Shown here: in pieces, positions 23,365 to 31,587 of the stretch | Layout: every line of letters begins with the position of its first letter | How positions within the stretch are numbered: the first letter of the stretch is position 1 | Origin: Pseudodesulfovibrio piezophilus C1TLV30 | Lineage (GTDB): Bacteria; Desulfobacterota; Desulfovibrionia; Desulfovibrionales; Desulfovibrionaceae | Length of the DNA: 32,000 nucleotides | Assembly: GCF_000341895.1 (NCBI RefSeq) | Contig: NC_020409.1 | Coordinates: 2,160,001-2,192,000 of the forward strand | Reading direction: 5' to 3' | Made by a program: the position numbers and the translations under genes | The notes under the pieces: model-generated | What the model was told of the DNA's origin: nothing | Databases searched by the model: none | The model's input: the letters and a program-made list of their open reading frames with translations, nothing else

Positions 23365-23940
23365 CTACGAAGAGGCACATCCTTCAACCATCGTGTCTAT
23401 CCAGTGATGCAGCACGGCTGCGTGGGCAGACTCGGCCAGACCATACGTGTCACCGGGAATATAAAAATTGAGTCCCCCGGAGCTACGGAGCTTATTCCCC
23501 GTATCCATGGCTGACAAAGTGATCACATCCCCGCCCAAAACACGGGCTTCCGCAGCAGCATTAAGCACATTGGGTGAATTGCCGGAACTGGAAATGCAGA
23601 CCAGCATGTCACCGGGCTGCATACGCCGTCTGAGGGGTTCCGCGAAGACCTCATCATAGCTGATATCGTTGGCCACGGCTGTTATCAAGGCGAGATCAGA
23701 AAAAACTTCGGTTCTGATATGAGCGTTTTTTGCCAGATCGGCAGCCACATGGCTGGCCATGGACGCACTCGCACCATTGCCGACCAGGAAAATGGTGCCG
23801 CCTCGTTCCTTGAGGACCGAGGAGATTCTGCATAATCTTCCGAAGCCGATTTCAACATCCACCAGCTGTCCGGTGTCATCAAATATCTGGAGTCCGGCAA
23901 GGCATTCACTCAGGCATTCCACGGTTTTTGCCCAATTCAT
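23365..23940 (-). CDS. SIS-domain sugar-phosphate isomerase, GmhA (sedoheptulose-7-P isomerase)-like
   Basis: 191 aa from MNWAKTVE with a GGAGGG SD; the track ORF was trimmed by 54 codons. The order of FLVGNGASASMASHVAADL, ANDISYDEVF and VCISSSGNSPNVLNAA matches the GmhA layout. Confidence 0.85.
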   Translation of the reverse strand: MNWAKTVECLSECLAGLQIFDDTGQLVDVEIGFGRLCRISSVLKERGGTIFLVGNGASASMASHVAADLAKNAHIRTEVFSDLALITAVANDISYDEVFAEPLRRRMQPGDMLVCISSSGNSPNVLNAAAEARVLGGDVITLSAMDTGNKLRSSGGLNFYIPGDTYGLAESAHAAVLHHWIDTMVEGCASS

Positions 23941-24501
23941 TTTCAAGAACCCTCCATAGGCTTCATTTTCCGCCGCGCTCGCAGCCCGTGCATTCCGGCC
24001 AGTCCGGTGCAGCCTCGCATGCACAAAATGCTCCAAGGCAGGACATGCCCAATTGAATAGCCGTTCTTCCACGCAGAGTCTTCCACATATGTGGGCAAAC
24101 ATTCAAGTCATACAGACCAGTTCCGACAAAGCCCCCCTAGTGCACGGCTGTCGGCACAACTTTCCCGGCACTGCCAAAGGCAAAGTATGCTTCTTTCATG
24201 GCAGAGCTAAAGTTCCACTCGCTTCGACCGATTAAACACTAAGTGAATGGTTTGCCCGTTTGCAATACCAAAAGTGCCAAGAATACTGTTGACAGTTTAT
24301 TGACGCAATACGTAGTCTCACCAATGCGTAAAAACAGGCAAATCGCTCTATCACAAGGGCTTTCCAGTGATCTGAGCACCCCTCGGAGAGCGGCATGATG
24401 ATTGCAAATGAATGTCTTCATGTTCACATTTTCCGACTCGATGCATAACTCACTGAATAAACGCGGCAATCGCTAAAATCATATCAAACTGGAGTCTTAC
24501 A

Positions 24502-25476
24502 ATGAAAAGTGCATTGGTATGCGGGGCTGGCGGCTTTATCGGCAACCACCTGATAGGTCGATTGAAAGAGAATGGATTCTGGGTTCGCGGGGTGGATATC
24601 GTGGAGCACGAATTCTGCGAGACCAAGGCAGATGATTTTGTGATCGGAGACCTGCGGGACCCCGTGGTCTGCGAGCAGTTAATGGATCGTCAATTCGACG
24701 AAGTCTACCAACTGGCCGCAGATATGGGCGGGGCGGGGTACGTCTTTGTCGGTGATAATGATGCCGACATCATGCACAATTCTGCCATGGTCAATCTGAA
24801 TATGGCCTATGCAGCGGCCAAGGCGCAGTGCGGCAAAATTTTCTATTCCTCTTCGGCCTGCATCTATCCCCTGCGCAACCAGCTTAAGCCGGATGCACCG
24901 GACTGCCGCGAAGATACGGCCTATCCAGCCGATCCCGATAGCGAATATGGCTGGGAAAAGCTTTTCAGCGAACGGATGTACATGTCATTCATGCGCAACA
25001 AGGGGCTCTCCGTCCGCATCGCACGTTTTCACAATATTTTTGGGGAAGAAGGAGCCTGGACCGGTGGTCGGGAGAAATCCCCGGCAGCCATCTGCCGCAA
25101 GGTGGCCGAGACGCCTGATGGCGGTGAGATTGAAATATGGGGCGATGGCGAACAGACCCGCTCCTTCCTGCATGTACAGGAATGCATAGACGGCATGCTT
25201 CGCCTCATGGCCTCGGATCACTGCGAGCCGGTCAACATAGGCTCCGATGAAATGGTCACCATCAATCAACTGGCTGAAATGGCCATGGATATCGCGGGCA
25301 AGAAATTGACCATCAAACATATAGACGGTCCCCTTGGCGTTCGCGGACGCAATTCGGAAAACACCCTCATTGAACAGAAGATCGGCTGGAGGCCCTCCCG
25401 CCCCCTGCGTGACGGGCTGGAAAAGACCTACAGTTGGATTCTGGAACAGGTGGAAAAAAACGGAACCGGAGCATAG
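24502..25476 (+). CDS. GDP-mannose 3,5-epimerase (GME)-like NAD-dependent epimerase
   Basis: 324 aa. A long colinear motif match to plant GME as I recall it: GAGGFI, LAADMGG, SSACIYP, GWEKL, RFHNIFG, WTGGREKSPAAICRK, WGDGEQTRSF, EPVNIGSDEMVT, GVRGRNSEN. I recognise it as closer to GME than to generic GalE/RmlB enzymes. Confidence 0.85.
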   Translation: MKSALVCGAGGFIGNHLIGRLKENGFWVRGVDIVEHEFCETKADDFVIGDLRDPVVCEQLMDRQFDEVYQLAADMGGAGYVFVGDNDADIMHNSAMVNLNMAYAAAKAQCGKIFYSSSACIYPLRNQLKPDAPDCREDTAYPADPDSEYGWEKLFSERMYMSFMRNKGLSVRIARFHNIFGEEGAWTGGREKSPAAICRKVAETPDGGEIEIWGDGEQTRSFLHVQECIDGMLRLMASDHCEPVNIGSDEMVTINQLAEMAMDIAGKKLTIKHIDGPLGVRGRNSENTLIEQKIGWRPSRPLRDGLEKTYSWILEQVEKNGTGA

Positions 25477-25479
25477 CCA

Positions 25480-26313
25480 ATGAATGGAGGGAAAGCCCCC
25501 CTCGTCAGCGTGATAGTGCCCACTTACAACCAGGGGCACTATTTGCGCCAGGCCCTCGACAGCGTGATGTTCCAGGACTACCCGGAAATCGAGATCATCA
25601 TCTCGAACTTCGGATCCACGGACGGGACCAGCGATATCATTCGGGATTATCTGAACACAGTGAAAACCGAACATGTGGACCCTGTCAGTCATATGGCCGA
25701 GGATGGCACCGTGGTACGGCTACCCAAAATCGCGTACCCACAAAATCGGTCCATAACCGTTCTGGACAGCACCGAAAATATCGGTGGCACCGCAGCCTAT
25801 AACGAAGGATTCCAGAAGGCCACAGGGACGTACTGCATGTATCTGGTGGGCGATGACTACCTCTTGCCCAACGCCTTATCCGAATTGGTCCCTGCACTGG
25901 AGACCGGGGTGGATGTGGCCTATGCGGACATGTTCGTGGTCAACGACCAGGGACACATTCTGCACCACCTTGAAAAACCTGATTATGATTTCGCTGCATG
26001 TTTTGCCCAGTGGTTTCACCTCGGAGTCTGCCGCCTGTACCGTCGGGAATGGCATGACCGGCTCGGCTTTTATTCCACGGATTTCAGAAATGCCAATGAC
26101 TATGACTTCATGCTTCGCCTGGCCGAAGCAGGGGCACTATTCAAACGGGTACCCAAGGTGCTCTACTGCACGCGTATTCATGAAAAAAGCGGTGAAGGTG
26201 AAACTGCCAACTGGCGGGACAACGGCTATGAGAACCTCCTGAGGGAGAGCAAAGAGTGCGCACAACGGGCGAGAAACCATCTTTCGCGGACGGAGGCAGA
26301 GGATGAGCGCTAA
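25480..26313 (+). CDS. Glycosyltransferase family 2
   Basis: 277 aa. It has VSVIVPTYNQGHYLRQALDSVMFQDYPEIEIIISNFGSTDGT and a DxD-type motif (VGDDY), consistent with a GT-A fold. Confidence 0.9.
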   Translation: MNGGKAPLVSVIVPTYNQGHYLRQALDSVMFQDYPEIEIIISNFGSTDGTSDIIRDYLNTVKTEHVDPVSHMAEDGTVVRLPKIAYPQNRSITVLDSTENIGGTAAYNEGFQKATGTYCMYLVGDDYLLPNALSELVPALETGVDVAYADMFVVNDQGHILHHLEKPDYDFAACFAQWFHLGVCRLYRREWHDRLGFYSTDFRNANDYDFMLRLAEAGALFKRVPKVLYCTRIHEKSGEGETANWRDNGYENLLRESKECAQRARNHLSRTEAEDER

Positions 26314-27550
26314 ACGACTGGCCGTCATAGGGTTGGGCAAATTGGGATTATGCACGGCAGCCTGCTTTGCCCGCGCCGGATACGACGTCATCGGCATGGA
26401 TGTCTCATGCGACCATGTGGACCATTTAAACATGGGGCACATCACTTTCTTCGAAGACGGTCTGGCTGAACTGCTGACCGAGGTCAACGGAAAGCTCCAC
26501 TTTACCACGAGCATAACCGAAGCCGTTGAAAATTCCGATGTCTGCTTTATCATTGTCCCGACTCCTTCCCAGGCCGGGGGAGCCTTCAGCAACAAATATC
26601 TGTCACGGGTCATCAAGAGCATGGGACCGGCCCTTGCAGCACGAGAAGAGTGGTATCTGGTGGATGTGGTCTCCACAGTCATGCCCGGATCCGGCGATCA
26701 GAAACTCATCCCCCTGCTTGAAGAAGCCACGGGTAAACGGGTCGGCACTGACATCGGCTATGCCTACAACCCGGAATTCATCGCCATCGGCTCGGTTATC
26801 CGCAATTTTATCAATCCCGACGTGGTCCTCATAGGCCAGTCCGACGATCGGACCGGAGCGGAGCTGGAAACCATCTACCGCGCCACCTGTGATAACGGCC
26901 CGCACATAGCCCGGACCTCGGTCCTCAATGCGGAAATCGCCAAACTTTCCATCAATTGCTATTGCACCATGAAGATCAGCTTCGCCAATAACCTCGCCGC
27001 CATCTGCGAGCAAACCCCCGGAGCCGACGCATCAGCCATAACGGAAATACTTGGAAACGACACCAGAATTGGGGCCAAATACATCAAACCCGGTCTTGGT
27101 TTTGGCGGCCCATGCTTTCCTCGTGACAATGAAGCCTTTATCAATTTTGTCGGAAGTGTCGAAGGAGACACAGGCTTGCAACAAGCCGTGGTGGATATCA
27201 ACAAGGCCCAGCCCGAACGTATTTGCCGCGCTCTCGCCAGTGCGGCGGCAAAACACGGCAATCGGATCGCCCTCCTCGGGCAGGCGTACAAGCCGTTCAC
27301 CTATCTGACCGAGGAATCGCAGGCGGTGGAGATAGCCCGAAGGTTGGCCCGCAAATATCCAGACCTGGAATTGGTGGTCCACGACCCCCTGGCCAATGAG
27401 ACTGGACCGTGGAAACGCGTTGATTCCCTTGAAGAATGCGTCCGCGAAGCCCACGTTGCCGCAATTCTGACGCCATGGCCCGAGTTCATGGAAACCGGCT
27501 GGCACTCCCTCCTGGCCGAGGACGGGATAGTCCTCAACTTCTGGGAATAG
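26303..27550 (+). CDS. Nucleotide-sugar dehydrogenase (UDP-glucose/GDP-mannose dehydrogenase family)
   Basis: 415 aa. The Rossmann motif is LAVIGLGKLGL, the catalytic Cys motif is GFGGPCFPRD, and NPEFIAIG is present. It overlaps the GT2 stop by 11 nt. Confidence 0.9.
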   Translation: MSAKRLAVIGLGKLGLCTAACFARAGYDVIGMDVSCDHVDHLNMGHITFFEDGLAELLTEVNGKLHFTTSITEAVENSDVCFIIVPTPSQAGGAFSNKYLSRVIKSMGPALAAREEWYLVDVVSTVMPGSGDQKLIPLLEEATGKRVGTDIGYAYNPEFIAIGSVIRNFINPDVVLIGQSDDRTGAELETIYRATCDNGPHIARTSVLNAEIAKLSINCYCTMKISFANNLAAICEQTPGADASAITEILGNDTRIGAKYIKPGLGFGGPCFPRDNEAFINFVGSVEGDTGLQQAVVDINKAQPERICRALASAAAKHGNRIALLGQAYKPFTYLTEESQAVEIARRLARKYPDLELVVHDPLANETGPWKRVDSLEECVREAHVAAILTPWPEFMETGWHSLLAEDGIVLNFWE

Positions 27551-27560
27551 AGGCACAGTT

Positions 27561-28370
27561 ATGCGCTCGGACTGCAAGGACATGCCCATGACCGCCGAGA
27601 AGCGGCAGGTATACGAATATTGGAATGAGACCGTCTGCTGCTCGACCCATGCGACCAGTGATCCGCTTTCGCGGGAATACTTCGAGGAAATAGAGCACTA
27701 CAAATACTGCAACGAACCCGAGTTGCATGCCTTTGCTCAATTTTCCCGTTATCGCGGGAAAAAAGTGCTCGAAGTGGGAGTCGGAGCCGGAACCGACTTT
27801 CTGCAATGGGTGCGATGCGGTGCCGAAGCGCATGGCGTCGATCTGACCCCGGCTGCGATTGCACACACCACCACCCGTCTTGATGCCTACGGGCTGAAGG
27901 CCGCGTCGCTCGGCGTGGCCGACTGCGAACATCTTCCCTTTGATGACGGGACCTTTGATCTCGTCTACTCCTGGGGTGTCATTCATCACACCCCGGATAC
28001 GGGTGCGGCCCTTTCGGAATTGATCCGCACTGTCCGCCCCGGTGGGGAAATCAAAGTCATGATTTACAATCGCCATTCTCCAGTGGCCCTGTACCGCTGG
28101 TGGAAAATGGCGGCACTCAAGGGCAAACCGTGGAAATCCCTCAACTGGGTCATGGATCATCACATGGAAAGCAAAGGGTCCAAGGCATACACCGAGGCCG
28201 AAGCCCGTGCCATGTTCGAAAGCCGTGGCACCACCCTTGAGAGCATCACCAAATATCTCACCTGCTACGATAGACGGACCCCTTTGACCAAACCCATGTC
28301 CCTGCTCATGGGACCAGAAAACATCGGCTGGTTCATGGGCATCCACGCCCGCAAACCGGAGAAAAATTGA
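27561..28370 (+). CDS. Class I SAM-dependent methyltransferase
   Basis: 269 aa. Motif I is VLEVGVGAGTD. Also present are an acidic post-I residue (GVDLTP), FDLVYSWGVIHH and RPGGEI. Confidence 0.88.
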   Translation: MRSDCKDMPMTAEKRQVYEYWNETVCCSTHATSDPLSREYFEEIEHYKYCNEPELHAFAQFSRYRGKKVLEVGVGAGTDFLQWVRCGAEAHGVDLTPAAIAHTTTRLDAYGLKAASLGVADCEHLPFDDGTFDLVYSWGVIHHTPDTGAALSELIRTVRPGGEIKVMIYNRHSPVALYRWWKMAALKGKPWKSLNWVMDHHMESKGSKAYTEAEARAMFESRGTTLESITKYLTCYDRRTPLTKPMSLLMGPENIGWFMGIHARKPEKN

Positions 28371-28371
28371 T

Positions 28372-29262
28372 ATGACCCGCTCCAGAGGAAAGAGCATCAC
28401 CGTATATGTGGGATTCCGGCCCTTTGCAGGAGAATGGCTGGAACGAAACCAGACTGTTCTCAACGCGCTCGCATGGCAGGGGCTTGATGGTCTCAAAGTC
28501 AAATTCGCCTGCTGGGATGACGAGACCGCCACCCTCGACCATGCCGAAAGACATGGATATGGGACCGTGATCACGCCATGGGTCCACCACTATCTTTTCA
28601 CCGGTCCACAGCGCAGTTTCAAGGCTCTATTCGAAGCCTGTCTCACCGACTGCGACACCGATCTCTTCATCTACATTAACGGCGATATCATCCTACAACC
28701 CGGTATCCTGAACTGGTTGGCCCACCACGCCGAACCGGCCTCCTTGTACAGCATGCCCCGGCACAACTGGGAGTATACGGGATTGCTCGACACGCCGGAC
28801 CAATTCGAAACAGCCCTGGCGGAGGCTGTCCCTGAAGAATGGACCGCGCTTGACCTCTTTGCCATGCATACCGAAGAAGCACGGCAAGCATTCATTCCCT
28901 TTCCACCTTTCCTGCTCACGGCCGGATCCATGGATTCCTGGCTCGTTGTCCGGGCCGGGGCCGCTGGCTGGAGACGAATCCTCATTCCTCCCCAAACCTT
29001 TCACATGCTTCATATCGAGCACGACTTCAGTCATCCGCTCAAACCGGGAGCCTCGGCAGACAAATACGCCAAATGGGCATTCAACTGCGGCATATACGCT
29101 CAGGCGACACTGGATCTCCCACAGGCAATCCGAGCGGATTCCACCCTCCAAGTCTTCGAGGGAGCCGCCGAATACGCCCGCACCAAAGGTCTGCCCACCC
29201 GTGAATATCAGAACCCCGAAGAATGCATTGAAAACACCAGGCAACACGAGGAGATACCGTGA
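28372..29262 (+). CDS. Hypothetical protein (296 aa); possible GT-A-like fold, function unknown
   Basis: It is tightly packed, starting 1 nt after the upstream stop, and GTGA-overlaps the next gene. The only weak cue is DLFIYINGDIIL, which resembles a DxD-strand region. I recognise no family. Confidence 0.7.
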   Translation: MTRSRGKSITVYVGFRPFAGEWLERNQTVLNALAWQGLDGLKVKFACWDDETATLDHAERHGYGTVITPWVHHYLFTGPQRSFKALFEACLTDCDTDLFIYINGDIILQPGILNWLAHHAEPASLYSMPRHNWEYTGLLDTPDQFETALAEAVPEEWTALDLFAMHTEEARQAFIPFPPFLLTAGSMDSWLVVRAGAAGWRRILIPPQTFHMLHIEHDFSHPLKPGASADKYAKWAFNCGIYAQATLDLPQAIRADSTLQVFEGAAEYARTKGLPTREYQNPEECIENTRQHEEIP

Positions 29263-29993
29263 GTGATTCTTTGAAAGCCTTTTACGATGACAGAAAAAAC
29301 AGCCTCGCTTCCCTTGAACAGGATGCTCTCCTGCGCAAGACCGGCCAGGATTTTGTGGAACGCTCCATTCCCCATAAGTATACGTTCAATTTCGACTGGA
29401 TGGGCCGCCCGATCATTCAACATGCCGAAGACATTCTTGCCATGCAGGAAATCATCTTCCGCATGCAGCCGGACCTGATCGTCGAGACCGGCGTGGCCCA
29501 CGGCGGGTCCAGTGTTTTTTACGCCTCCATGTGCCGCCTGATGGGGAAAGGGCATGTGGTGGGCATCGATATCGATATCCGCCCGCATAACAGGCTCGCC
29601 CTGGAAGAGCACCCTATGTACGAGCATATCACGCTGATCGAGGGAAGCTCCACGGATCTTTCCGTGGTCAATCAGGTGACGGCCATGGCCAAGGACAAGC
29701 GGGTGCTGGTCATTCTGGATTCCAATCACACCCATGACCATGTCCTCCAGGAACTCCGCCTCTATTCACCGCTGACACATAAGGACGATTACCTTGTGGT
29801 CTTCGACACCATTGTTGAAAATCTTCCCGACGCGCTGGTCAATGACCGACCATGGGGCAAAGGAGACAACCCCATGACCGCCGTCAAACAGTTTCTCAAG
29901 GAAAATGGCCGGTTCGAAGTCGACCGGGAAATGGAAGCCAAGCTGATCATATCCATGGCCCCGCACGGTTATCTGCGCTGCCTGAAGGATTAA
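29259..29993 (+). CDS. CmcI/cephalosporin-hydroxylase-family methyltransferase (sugar O-methyltransferase-like)
   Basis: 244 aa with a GTG start and a GAGGAG SD. The family-typical segments are FDWMGRPIIQHAEDILAMQEII..PDLIVETGVAHGGS and ..LDSNHTHDHVLQEL. Confidence 0.85.
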   Translation: MSDSLKAFYDDRKNSLASLEQDALLRKTGQDFVERSIPHKYTFNFDWMGRPIIQHAEDILAMQEIIFRMQPDLIVETGVAHGGSSVFYASMCRLMGKGHVVGIDIDIRPHNRLALEEHPMYEHITLIEGSSTDLSVVNQVTAMAKDKRVLVILDSNHTHDHVLQELRLYSPLTHKDDYLVVFDTIVENLPDALVNDRPWGKGDNPMTAVKQFLKENGRFEVDREMEAKLIISMAPHGYLRCLKD

Positions 29994-30020
29994 CCGGCAC
30001 CAAGCCGAGGAGAGACACCC

Positions 30021-31100
30021 GTGACACCCACTCAAACCAGTGCCCCCCAGACAGAGCTGACGCATCTGATCATCTATGCCAATGCCATATGCAACGCCCA
30101 TTGTCTCATGTGTGATGTGGGCCGGGAGTCGGATATAGGCATTGCCCGACCGCTTGTTGGTGCACCCAGATACATGAGCCTTGCCCTGCTGGAAAAGCTC
30201 CTTGATGATCCCCTGGTGACAGAGCGCACTCCCCGGTGCAACGTCTATTTCGTGATGACAGAACCGCTCCTGACCCCGCACCTGCCGGAGATGCTCCGGG
30301 CGGCAAAAGAGCGGGGACACGCGGTCTTTCTGACAACCAACGGACTGTTACTGGAAAAACGGGCTGCGGAGATAGCCCCGTACATCGACAACATCCAGAT
30401 CTCATTGGATGGCCCCGAAGCCGTCCATGACGCCATCAGAGGTCCGGGATTTTTTCGTGCCGCGCTCAAGGGACTTCAGGCGATTCGCGCCCTGCGACCG
30501 GATGTGGAACTCGTCATCAACACGACCATTTTCAACCGCACCGCCCCAACCCTGACCGAGTTGGCATCCATTCTCGATGACCTCGGCGTCCGTATTGACA
30601 TGTTCAAGGTGCAGGGTCTCGACTATGTCTCCGGTCCGATGCAGGCCCGGCATAACGCCTGTTATCCGAAAATCGAGCAATCCGCGTCCACCGAGGGGGA
30701 TGTGCTCGATTTTGACGCCATTGATTTCGACGACCTCGCCCGCCAACTCTCCGAGCTGCGAGACTGGAAACCCAGAAACATAGACAGCATAGGCTTCAAG
30801 CCCCCCTTTACCTCGGCCGATGAACTCCGTTCCTACTACACCGAAAATGGAGACAAACACGAGTCATGGCATACCTGCCTGACCCCGTTCGTCGCCATGG
30901 CCGTCAACACGGCCGGCGAATGTTTTTTCCACATCAGATGTTTCAACGGCTATCAGCTGGGGAATGCCTCGACTCAACCCCTGGCTGCTATTTTCCATGG
31001 CCACAAGGCCAATGATTTCCGCCGTCAACTCACCGAAAGTGATTTCTGTTTTCCGGCCTGCACCCGCTGTTGCGGCGTCAATCCGGTTGACAGGGTTTAG
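30021..31100 (+). CDS. Radical SAM protein with a Cys-rich SPASM/twitch-like C-terminus
   Basis: 359 aa with a GTG start and a GAGGAGAG SD. The CxxxCxxC motif lies in YANAICNAHCLMCDVG. The C-terminal cysteines are CLTPFVAMAVNTAGECFFHIRC and CFPACTRCCG. Confidence 0.85.
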   Translation: MTPTQTSAPQTELTHLIIYANAICNAHCLMCDVGRESDIGIARPLVGAPRYMSLALLEKLLDDPLVTERTPRCNVYFVMTEPLLTPHLPEMLRAAKERGHAVFLTTNGLLLEKRAAEIAPYIDNIQISLDGPEAVHDAIRGPGFFRAALKGLQAIRALRPDVELVINTTIFNRTAPTLTELASILDDLGVRIDMFKVQGLDYVSGPMQARHNACYPKIEQSASTEGDVLDFDAIDFDDLARQLSELRDWKPRNIDSIGFKPPFTSADELRSYYTENGDKHESWHTCLTPFVAMAVNTAGECFFHIRCFNGYQLGNASTQPLAAIFHGHKANDFRRQLTESDFCFPACTRCCGVNPVDRV

Positions 31101-31140
31101 GGTTTCCGGAACCGATCACCCGTAATCAGGAGCATTTCAC

Positions 31141-31578
31141 ATGAACGAAAAAGACATCATCATCGGATATACCACCGGAGTTTTCGATCTGTTTCATGTC
31201 GGGCACCTGAACCTGCTGCGCAAGGCCAAGGCCCTGTGCGACCGGCTCATCGTCGGCGTGACCACCGATGAATTGGTCGCTTACAAAAACAAACGAGCGG
31301 TGATCCCATTTCACGAACGCATGGAAATAGTGCATAGCATCGACTACGTGGACACAGTTGTCCCACAGGAAGATATGGATAAAATGAAAGCCTGGGACAA
31401 ACTTAAATTCGACATCATGTTCGTGGGCGATGATTGGCACGCAACAGAAAAATGGGAAGGATACGAAACGGAGTTCAAGCAAAAAGGCGTGAAGATCGTC
31501 TATCTGCCCTATACCAAAACGACTTCCTCCACCCTGATCAATGAAGTGCTGCTCAAACTGCGCGACAACACGCTCTAG
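31141..31578 (+). CDS. tagD: Glycerol-3-phosphate cytidylyltransferase (TagD/TarD-like)
   Basis: 145 aa. The nucleotidyltransferase HxGH motif lies in GYTTGVFDLFHVGHLNLLRKAK. The C-terminal RTxGISTS-like segment reads YTKTTSSTLI. Confidence 0.9.
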   Translation: MNEKDIIIGYTTGVFDLFHVGHLNLLRKAKALCDRLIVGVTTDELVAYKNKRAVIPFHERMEIVHSIDYVDTVVPQEDMDKMKAWDKLKFDIMFVGDDWHATEKWEGYETEFKQKGVKIVYLPYTKTTSSTLINEVLLKLRDNTL

Positions 31579-31587
31579 GCCTGCTTC

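Noticed and set aside
24239-24469. A 76-aa minus-strand ORF, and a 60-aa plus-strand ORF (24053-24235), in the divergent region upstream of the glycan cluster.
   Set aside because: Neither has an SD, the composition looks non-coding, and the sequences have no recognisable features. The region is better explained as promoters plus leader.
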